Assembly (NCBI GenBank): GCA_903912445.1
Contig: CAIWHP010000042.1
Span: 8,907 to 72,906, forward strand
Length of the DNA stretch: 64,000 bases
Reading direction: 5' to 3'
Source of the DNA: an uncultured Lentisphaerota bacterium
GTDB taxonomy: Bacteria > Verrucomicrobiota > Kiritimatiellia > CAIQIC01
Under the pieces are notes generated by a model. The model saw only the letters and a list, made by a program, of their open reading frames with translations. It made no database searches and was not told the origin of the DNA. The position numbers and the translations under genes are program-made. Positions 56,767 to 64,000 of the stretch are shown here, in pieces (the first letter of the stretch is position 1; every line of letters begins with the position of its first letter).

Positions 56767-58542
56767 TCATTTTGCTTTGTCACCAGCGGGCTTTTCTCCC
56801 GCGAATTTCCAGCCCGGCTGCGCGTCGCGCGCCAAGGGGAGTTTTTTGAGCGTGGCGCGGAGCAGCTCGATCGGCATGGTGTTCTCCTGCAGCACGGCGT
56901 CGTTGAACGGCTGCTCGGCGAGCTTGCCGCGGCCGGTCATTTCGTCATGCAGCGCGAGCAGCTGCAGCCCGCCGATCATGTAGCCGGCCTGGTAGAGCGG
57001 CGGCGCGCCGATGAAGCGCCGGACCTCGCTGGTCGCGCCGAACTTCTCGTGGCCGGCGCGCTCGACCATGAAGTTCACCATCTCGTCGGGCGTCATCTGG
57101 CCCAGATGATATTTGAGGGAGAGGACGATGCGTTCCGCCCGGTGCATCCGCCAGAACAGCATGCCCAGTTTATCCTCCGGCGTGCGCGCCCAGCCGAGCT
57201 CCCAGAGGCGCAGCTCGCAGTAGAGCGCCCAGCCCTCGATGTAGAACGGCGTGCCGAACAGGCGCCGGTGCTGGTTGCTGCGCGCGGCGACGAACAGTTG
57301 CAGGTGATGGCCGGGGATCAGCTCGTGCGGCACGGTCAGGCGTGTGAAGGCGCGGTTGTTGCCCCGCATCACCATCAGCTTGTCCTCCTGCTTCATCACC
57401 TGGTTGGCGTAGGCCACCAGCATGTGCTGGTTGTTATAGGCCGCGTAGGGAATGTTCTTGAGCGTCTCCGGCGACATCATCGTCACGCGCCACGTCTCCG
57501 AGCACAGCGGCGGCACGGTGACGAACTTGTGCTGCGCGACGAACGCGGTCGCGTCGCGGCCATATTGCGCGACGAGCTCGTCCTGCGCGCCGGGCGGCAC
57601 GCTGTTGGTCTTCACCCGCGCGAGCGCTGCCTTCCAGTCGTCGCCACAGCCCATCTTGCGGGCGGCCTTTTTCATCTCCGCCTCGCACCAGGCAAACTCG
57701 CGCTCGCCGATCGCGATCAGCTCGGCCGCGGAGTACGGCAAAAATTCGCAGCGGATTTCCTCGGCGAGCGCCGCCGCGCCGATGCTTTCGCCGACGAGCG
57801 GGTCCTCGTCCTTGCCCTTCTGCCCGGCGATCTCCTCCTTGAGCAGCTTGGCGTAATCCTCCAGCTCCTTGTCCGCGTCCTCGCACGGCTTCTTCAGCCA
57901 CCACGAAGCCTCGGGCTTGAAACCGTCGTAATATTTGAACCAGCCCTTGAGCGTCTCGCGCAGTTGGCCGACGGCGCCGGCGGCGCGCAGCGCCAGCGCG
58001 GGCGCGACCTTGAGCGGCACGACCTCCTCGGTCTTCTTTGCGTCGGGTTTCTTCTCGTCCTTTTTGTCCTTCGCGTCGCCCTTGCCCTTTTCGACGCGCT
58101 CGCGCAGCTGCTTGACCTGCTTGGCCAGGTCGCTGACGGCTGTCGCCGCCGCCGCGCCGTCCAGCCGGCCCTCGCGCCAGCGCGCGAGCTCAAGCTTCTC
58201 GATGGTGCCATGAAAGGCGAGCAGGTGTTTCATTTCCACCAGACGCTGCCGGTCGCGCGCAATATGCGCCAGCTCCGTCTGGCACGCGAGGCGCAGCAGG
58301 GTGTAATCCACCTGGTCCGCCGGCGCGAGCGCCGCGAAGTCCAGCTGCTCCAGCCGCGCGAGCCAGCCGGTGTTGAGCTTTTCCCGGTGCTCGAAGCGGC
58401 TCGCCGACCACGGTACGTTGTAGAAAGTTCCGACGCTGCCTTCGTCGGCCTCGTACTCGCGGATCAGCGCGGGCAGGGAAGGGGTGGCGGCGGACGCGGC
58501 GAGCGCGCCCAGCAGGACCGGCAGCAGGAACAGGCACTTCAT
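56767..58542 (-). CDS. DUF885 family protein
   Basis: Signal peptide. Motifs HELIPGHHLQ, EGWALYCE, EVRRF, YQAGYMIG. Confidence 0.88.
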   Translation of the reverse strand: MKCLFLLPVLLGALAASAATPSLPALIREYEADEGSVGTFYNVPWSASRFEHREKLNTGWLARLEQLDFAALAPADQVDYTLLRLACQTELAHIARDRQRLVEMKHLLAFHGTIEKLELARWREGRLDGAAAATAVSDLAKQVKQLRERVEKGKGDAKDKKDEKKPDAKKTEEVVPLKVAPALALRAAGAVGQLRETLKGWFKYYDGFKPEASWWLKKPCEDADKELEDYAKLLKEEIAGQKGKDEDPLVGESIGAAALAEEIRCEFLPYSAAELIAIGEREFAWCEAEMKKAARKMGCGDDWKAALARVKTNSVPPGAQDELVAQYGRDATAFVAQHKFVTVPPLCSETWRVTMMSPETLKNIPYAAYNNQHMLVAYANQVMKQEDKLMVMRGNNRAFTRLTVPHELIPGHHLQLFVAARSNQHRRLFGTPFYIEGWALYCELRLWELGWARTPEDKLGMLFWRMHRAERIVLSLKYHLGQMTPDEMVNFMVERAGHEKFGATSEVRRFIGAPPLYQAGYMIGGLQLLALHDEMTGRGKLAEQPFNDAVLQENTMPIELLRATLKKLPLARDAQPGWKFAGEKPAGDKAK

Positions 58543-58797
58543 AGGGCAGGCGTTTTAGCATCCGCCCCGCCGCTACGCCAGTTTTTCCAAGGGCGCCTCC
58601 GGCCCGGACGGGCGGGAAAAGGGTCCGGCGGTCGCTTCCGGGCCTTGGGAAAGAGGGCAGGGTGCCGCCCTCGACCGCCACAGCGAGACCGGCGCAAGCG
58701 GCCTTGCATTGAGGCTAAAGAGGCCTACCCTTGCAAAGCGGCCCCGATAGCTTGAGGCTGTTGAAGCAGGGTCGCGGCGCGTGAAAGTGGCAACGCC

Positions 58798-59208
58798 ATG
58801 GATTACGAAGAAATCTTTAATATGAGTTATTGGCGCGTGTTTGGTACCGCCGTGGGCGAGAACCCGTTTGCAGAAACGATGTACGGGCAGTTCTTGGGCC
58901 ACCCGGAGATTGCAGCGAAGTTCGCGCAATCCAATCCGTCCAAGCCCATGGAGATGCTCCGCTTGTCGGTCACGCTCGCCGCCTCGTACTATTTCCACCG
59001 CAAGCCGGAGCATCTGCTGGCGAAGTTCGCCGTCATGCACAGCCGCAGCCGCCTCGGCATCGAGCCGCACCTCTACCGGCACTGGCTGGATAGCGTGCTG
59101 CAGGCCGTCAAGACGCATGATCCCGCTTGTGACGAGAACGTGCTGGAGGCCTGGCGGCGCATCCTGACGCCCGCCATCGAGTTCATGCAGTCGAAATACG
59201 ACACGTGA
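58798..59208 (+). CDS. Single-domain globin
   Basis: Motifs F..MY..F..HPEIAAKF, HSRSRLGIEPHLY..WLDSVLQAV..HD, AWRRIL. Confidence 0.8.
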   Translation: MDYEEIFNMSYWRVFGTAVGENPFAETMYGQFLGHPEIAAKFAQSNPSKPMEMLRLSVTLAASYYFHRKPEHLLAKFAVMHSRSRLGIEPHLYRHWLDSVLQAVKTHDPACDENVLEAWRRILTPAIEFMQSKYDT

Positions 59209-59227
59209 GCCGCGGGTTCCGGCGCGG

Positions 59228-60721
59228 TCAGTGCTTCTTGTTGGCGGGGTTTTCCGGCATGGGGATGGGCTGCGGATTGGCGATGCGCCGGAGGGAAGAG
59301 GGGTCGCCGCCGAGCCACATCGGGCCGACATCGCGCGGTTCCAACGGACGGCGCAGGACCGGTGCGGCGCTCGCCTGATCGCAGCCGATGTCCGGTGTGC
59401 CCGACCGTGGTTGCCCGTCGATGTCGTCGGCAAGCGGCATGGCGGCGAGCGGCTTGGCGGCCCCGCTGGCGGCGCTGCCGGAGACCGGCAACCGCCATGT
59501 GCCGCCGCCCTGCACGAGGCCGGGATCCTTCTCGACGATGCCCGCGTGCTTCAGGCCCGCCACGGCTTTCTCGCGCGGCCAGACGATGTTCTGTTCCCAC
59601 GCGTTGCTCGCATGTGCGGACTCGGCCAGCGTGCCGGAGTGGCCCACGACAAGATTGTTGGCACAGCGGTTCTCGCGCGGCAGGAGCGTCGCGTCGGCCG
59701 GTTCCGCGCCGCCGGCGGCCTCCAGGCTGAGCCCCACCTTCTTACAATCCACGATGGTGTTGAACGCCACCAGGCAATGGGTCGCCGCCTCATGGATGCT
59801 GTCGCCGTGCGGCAGGCAGATGCCCCGCTGGCAGCCCTCGATATAGTTGTTCACCACCTGATGCTCCTGACCGTACACGCGGACACCGCCCTTGCAGCGG
59901 AAGAAGAAATTGCCCTCCGCCCGCGTGTGCGTTCCGCCGCGCAGCGTCAGCTCCGCATAGTCGCAGTCCCGAAACGTGTTGTAGCGAATACGATTGAACG
60001 ACGTCTTGTTCGAGATCGCCTCCGGATCGCCGTTCGCGCGCTCAAACAGGCAGCACTCGACGAGCGCCCGAACCGCTGTCTCACCGGCCGGTCCCTGTCC
60101 GAGCTGCACATTCTCCTGGCCGTTGTTTGAGCGGTGAACCATGTCGCGAAAATAATCATGGTCGAAAACATTGTCCGTGTTGCCGAGGTTGCCCGGCGCG
60201 CCCACCTTCACGCCCATGCCCACCGAGAGATTGCCCTGCATATAGCAGTGGTCCACCCGGTTGCTGCGTGCGCCACCGCTCAGCTCCACGATCCGCCCGA
60301 AGGTGCTGTGCGGGTTGCCGCACTCGATGAACGCACAGCCGGTCAGCCGGCACCGCTCCGCGCCACGGAGGGCGATGACCGGCTCGCGGCCCCACGCCTG
60401 GTCGAACACCAGGTCCGCAACCACGACGTCGCGGCCGCGGATCAGCACGGTCGAGCCGCCCGTCAGTATGGCCTTGCCCGGGTGCGCCGCGCGGAACGTC
60501 ACAGGTTTTTCAGGAGTTCCGTTGGCTTCGATGGTCAGGCGGAAATCCTTATAAAGGCCATCGGCGAGGCGGATCTCGTCGCCCGGCCGGGCGGCGGCGA
60601 GGGCCTTGGTGGCGGCCACGGCCGAATCCACATCCCTGCCTTCCGCTGTCGCCAGGCCCGCGCCCAAGGTCAGCGCCGCCAGCAAGGCAACCGCCAAGGT
60701 TGGAGGCAGAATGATTTTCAT
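59228..60721 (-). CDS. PL6 family polysaccharide lyase (chondroitinase B/alginate lyase-like)
   Basis: Motifs ARPGDEIRLADGLY, NRVDHC, NGQENVQLG, GDPEAISNK, LTLRGG. Confidence 0.82.
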   Translation of the reverse strand: MKIILPPTLAVALLAALTLGAGLATAEGRDVDSAVAATKALAAARPGDEIRLADGLYKDFRLTIEANGTPEKPVTFRAAHPGKAILTGGSTVLIRGRDVVVADLVFDQAWGREPVIALRGAERCRLTGCAFIECGNPHSTFGRIVELSGGARSNRVDHCYMQGNLSVGMGVKVGAPGNLGNTDNVFDHDYFRDMVHRSNNGQENVQLGQGPAGETAVRALVECCLFERANGDPEAISNKTSFNRIRYNTFRDCDYAELTLRGGTHTRAEGNFFFRCKGGVRVYGQEHQVVNNYIEGCQRGICLPHGDSIHEAATHCLVAFNTIVDCKKVGLSLEAAGGAEPADATLLPRENRCANNLVVGHSGTLAESAHASNAWEQNIVWPREKAVAGLKHAGIVEKDPGLVQGGGTWRLPVSGSAASGAAKPLAAMPLADDIDGQPRSGTPDIGCDQASAAPVLRRPLEPRDVGPMWLGGDPSSLRRIANPQPIPMPENPANKKH

Positions 60722-60854
60722 GCGTCGGACTGTAGGGAGCACGACCCGCCAAGGCAATCATGGAACACGTCCGGCGGTCCACGGGGGACGACCCCTTTCA
60801 TCTTGACCCTGCCGCGGGAAGCGCGAGAATCCGGCGCAACATTCGGGAGCCAAC

Positions 60855-61331
60855 ATGATCTTCAAAGCTGCCCAGATGAGCCGCGCCATCAAGGTCGTGA
60901 CGACGGGCGTGCTGGCGCTGGCGCTCGCCTTCGTCGCCGGCGGCCTGCTCGATAAATATCTGCCGCTCGCCGGCCTGTTCGTAGGCCTGGTCGCGCTCAT
61001 CTGCTATCTGCTCACCCCCGTCGCCTACGACACCACCGGCGGCCAGCTCACGGTGCTGCTGCGGGTCGGCCAGAAATCCTTCGGGCCGATCACGGGCGCC
61101 CTGCCGCTTTCCGGGCGCTGGCCGTTCACCCTCCGGCTCTTTGGCAACGGCGGCGTCTTCGCTGGCACCGGCCTCTACTGGAACAAAACCCACGGCGTCT
61201 TTCGCGCCTACCTCACCAGCGCCCGCCAGCAGGACGCCGTTCTGGTCACCACCGACGCCTACAAGGTCATGATCTCGCCGGAAGATCCGCAGGCCTTTCT
61301 CGCCGCCCTGCCGATGGCGGAGCAGCAATAG
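60855..61331 (+). CDS. Membrane protein with bacterial PH-like domain
   Basis: Two transmembrane helices, then RLFGNGGVF..G.Y..K.HG.FRAY and ISPEDP..F. Confidence 0.7.
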   Translation: MIFKAAQMSRAIKVVTTGVLALALAFVAGGLLDKYLPLAGLFVGLVALICYLLTPVAYDTTGGQLTVLLRVGQKSFGPITGALPLSGRWPFTLRLFGNGGVFAGTGLYWNKTHGVFRAYLTSARQQDAVLVTTDAYKVMISPEDPQAFLAALPMAEQQ

Positions 61332-61387
61332 CTGCCAAGTCCCGGCAGGAGCTGGTTACAAAGCCGTACTTGAGGTGGGGCCTTCTG

Positions 61388-61438
61388 CTGGAGCGGCGGC
61401 CTGTGGCCGCCGTCGGCGACCACAGGTCGCCGCTACAG
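61388..61438. repeat. REP doublet (GGAG/GTAG)
   Basis: CTGGAGCGGCGGCCTGTGGCCGCCG-T-CGGCGACCACAGGTCGCCGCTACAG, between convergent genes. Confidence 0.78.
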
Positions 61439-61524
61439 AGGCAACAGGCCACAGAGCCCACGTGTGCCCGCACACATTGTGTCCCTGTTCGGCGCTTTAT
61501 CCGGGGCTTGAATATTTTGGCGCG

Positions 61525-63615
61525 TCAATCGCCGGTGCGCTCGACACGGAGCCAGAGGTGGCGCAGCGGCGCGGGGATCTGGGCGGTGAGGACATGGCCC
61601 TGCAATTCGGCGGCGCCTTCGCCGGCGAGCGGGGTGAGACGGTATTTTCCGGCCGCGAAGAGCGGCAGCTCGGTCCGCCAGTCGGCGCGCGCGTTGTTCT
61701 CGCGGAAGAGCAGCAGGTAGCCGCCGCGCCGGTCGGCGGCGACCGAGGCGAAGCCGGTCCACGCGACGCCGTCCGGCGCGGCGCCGATCGGCAGCAGCGT
61801 GCCGCCCAGCAGCTGCGCGCGTTCGCGCTTCCACACCGCGACGAGCGGCGCGAGTTCGGCCACGTAGTCCTCCGGCAGGTTCGAGACCTCGAACCAGCCG
61901 AGCGGGTTGGCGAACATGGTGATGGCGAAGAGCGTATCGGCGCGGTAGCGCGCGGGCGCGAGCGGATCGTCGGCATATTTGGCGTCGTTGCGCCGGTTGT
62001 TGAGCAGCTCCATGCGCAGGCGCAGCGGATCCACATAGTGCGCCAGCTTCCACAGGTTGCGCAGCGTCTGGTGCGGCCAGTAGCGGTGGAAGTCGGTGTA
62101 GCGGTTCTCGACGAACAGCGGGCCGACGTGCGGCAGGCCGAAATAGCCCGGACGGATTTCTGCGGTCACATCGAGATCGAACACGACCTTGCCGCCGGAC
62201 TGCTCCAGCACGCGATCGAAAAAGCGGCGCAGATTTTGTTCCGTCGCCGGCACCGTGGCCTTGACGGAGTCGATCTTGAAATAATCGATGCCATCCTTCT
62301 GGTGTAGCTCCAGCAGGCGGCCGGCGTCGCGTTCCCAGTTGGCCATGCCGTTGCTGGAATCCGGCCCAAACCACAGGCCGAACTTCATGCCCTGCGCGCG
62401 CGCCGCCTGGACGACCGGCGCGAGCCCGCGTGGGAAGCGCTGCGGATCGGGCTGCCAGAAATGCGGGTCGGCGGCCCAATAACCGTCCCAGACGCCCTTG
62501 CCGCGCGCGGCGGCGGAGTTCGCCGTGCGGCCCTTCTGCCAGCCATCGTCCACCTGCACGATGTCCACGCCGAGCTTGGCGCCGGCGGCCACTTCCTTGA
62601 GGATGAACTCCTCGTTGATGCGCGCGTCGCGCGAGCGGTCGCCCCACGTGTTGGACAGAAACAGCCCGTCGCGGGCCGGCTCGAAGCGGCGCAGCTGCCG
62701 CTGCCAGCTTTGCAGCGCCGCGATGCGGCCCGGTTCGCCGCCGGTGTAGGCGAGCACGACGAACGGATAGCCCTGCCCCGCGAAGCGCACCTCGCGCTTC
62801 GACGGCGTGACGACCGCGTCGGGGCCGCTCTTGACCGGCCGCGCGTGCGGCAGCGGCGCCTGCTTGAGGAAGACCAGCCCCGCGCCGGTCAGCGGATCCT
62901 CGACCGCGAAGATGTTGCCCGCCAGCTTCAGCGGCGCCTCGTTCGGCATCAGCAGCCACTCGGTCTCGAAGGCCAGCTCGTTGTGGTTGTCGGTCTGGTC
63001 CATCAGCGTCGCCTGCACGAAGCGCAGGTGCTGCGGCGCGAGGGCGAAGAGTTCCAGCGCATCGCCGGAGTCCGGCGCGGTTTTGTCATCGCCCGCGCCC
63101 TCGATGCCCGAGGCCGTCGCGTTGCTGGCCTTCTTGGCAGGAGCGGCGGCGTGGCCGGGTTCGCCGCTCGCGGTGAAGCTGATGCCGATGCCGTGCGCGG
63201 CCGGAAATATTTGGAGCTGGTGGGCGAAGCTGGCGCGGCCGGGCGCGGTCACGGTGATGGTCAGCGCTTCCTCGGCGACCGGGTTGGCGCGCCCGGTTTG
63301 CGCGGCGATGGTGACGGGCCGGGTTTCCTTGGGCACATTTTCGCCGGGGCTGGGCGCGGGGCGCGCCGCGGGCTTGGCGAGCCATTCGCAGTTCGCGTCC
63401 TTGTCGCGGAACGAGGTCGCCAGCAACAGGCCCTCGGAAATTTTCCACGTGCGCTCGATGTGCGCGTTGCCGATGACCAGCCCGGTGGCGCTCCACTTCG
63501 CATAGCAGCCCTTGAACTCGGCCTGCCCGGGCTCCGCCGCCCACCCGCCCGGCGCCAGCAGCAGCGCGAGCGCCAGCCCGAACCATCTGCCAAAATTCTG
63601 TTTGTTTGTTTGCAT
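61525..63615 (-). CDS. GH36-like alpha-galactosidase
   Basis: Signal peptide. Motifs SNTWGD, QVDDGWQ, RFPRGL, KFGLWF, YFKID. Confidence 0.85.
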   Translation of the reverse strand: MQTNKQNFGRWFGLALALLLAPGGWAAEPGQAEFKGCYAKWSATGLVIGNAHIERTWKISEGLLLATSFRDKDANCEWLAKPAARPAPSPGENVPKETRPVTIAAQTGRANPVAEEALTITVTAPGRASFAHQLQIFPAAHGIGISFTASGEPGHAAAPAKKASNATASGIEGAGDDKTAPDSGDALELFALAPQHLRFVQATLMDQTDNHNELAFETEWLLMPNEAPLKLAGNIFAVEDPLTGAGLVFLKQAPLPHARPVKSGPDAVVTPSKREVRFAGQGYPFVVLAYTGGEPGRIAALQSWQRQLRRFEPARDGLFLSNTWGDRSRDARINEEFILKEVAAGAKLGVDIVQVDDGWQKGRTANSAAARGKGVWDGYWAADPHFWQPDPQRFPRGLAPVVQAARAQGMKFGLWFGPDSSNGMANWERDAGRLLELHQKDGIDYFKIDSVKATVPATEQNLRRFFDRVLEQSGGKVVFDLDVTAEIRPGYFGLPHVGPLFVENRYTDFHRYWPHQTLRNLWKLAHYVDPLRLRMELLNNRRNDAKYADDPLAPARYRADTLFAITMFANPLGWFEVSNLPEDYVAELAPLVAVWKRERAQLLGGTLLPIGAAPDGVAWTGFASVAADRRGGYLLLFRENNARADWRTELPLFAAGKYRLTPLAGEGAAELQGHVLTAQIPAPLRHLWLRVERTGD

Positions 63616-63687
63616 GGCCCGCATCCTAGCCGGAGCCCGGCGGGAACAAAAGCGCGCAAAAGGAGGCCCCGCCGCCGCCGGCAGAAA

Positions 63688-63736
63688 TATCCAAATCTTG
63701 GAAAAAACGCTGGCATCTTTTCCCAAACCTTGGACA
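63688..63736. repeat. 17-bp dyad doublet (period 32)
   Basis: TATCCAAATCTTGGAAA 63688, TTCCCAAACCTTGGACA 63720, between divergent genes. Confidence 0.85.
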
Positions 63737-63784
63737 ATCCGCCGCGTGTGTCTGTGGCGGGAAACAATACCGACGAGGTGAGCG

Positions 63785-64000
63785 ATGACCCAGCAACAAT
63801 GGAACGAACTGCTCGCGGTGGTCCGCGGCGACAAGCTGCCGCAATTACCGGTGGGCTTCATCATCGACAGCCCGTGGCTGCCGGCCTGGGCCGGCCTGGA
63901 GATCGCCGACTACCTGGCCAGCGAGACGCTGTGGTTTGAGGCCAACCGCAAGGCGATCGAGACCTTTCCGGATGCGACGTTCCTGCCCGGCTTCTGGTCG
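63785..64000 (+). CDS. Uroporphyrinogen decarboxylase family protein (partial, runs off window)
   Basis: GAGGTG RBS. Translated by hand: MTQQQWNELL..PVGFIIDSPWLP..FPDATFLPGFWS. Confidence 0.65.
   Translation, partial: MTQQQWNELLAVVRGDKLPQLPVGFIIDSPWLPAWAGLEIADYLASETLWFEANRKAIETFPDATFLPGFWS

Overview
GC-rich bacterial window, probably from the PVC superphylum (Kiritimatiellia/Verrucomicrobiota/Lentisphaerota-like). That placement is inferred from gene content: a PEP-CTERM protein, many secreted GH29/GH95/sulfatase enzymes and an HZS-alpha-like heme protein. About 47 CDSs are supported. The first ~35 kb is a mostly + strand block for fucose-rich or sulfated polysaccharide degradation, with an upstream AraC regulator. 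The rest holds aceEF, vapBC, a LarA-family protein, a YqhD-like dehydrogenase, a globin, PL6 and GH36. No rRNA, tRNA, CRISPR-Cas or transposase was recognised. The strongest unexplained signal is non-coding: a dispersed 17-bp dyad TTTCCAA-N3-TTGGAAA in 8 mini-arrays (18 units). Each array has unique 14-15 bp spacers, giving a 31-32 bp period (about three helical turns). The arrays co-locate with several REP-like and inverted-repeat families, and repeat DNA appears to be read in-frame in some proteins. About 10 genes have a sigma70-like -35/17 bp/-10 promoter placed 6-9 nt before the ATG, suggesting leaderless mRNAs. All protein family calls come from motif recognition by eye, not database searches.
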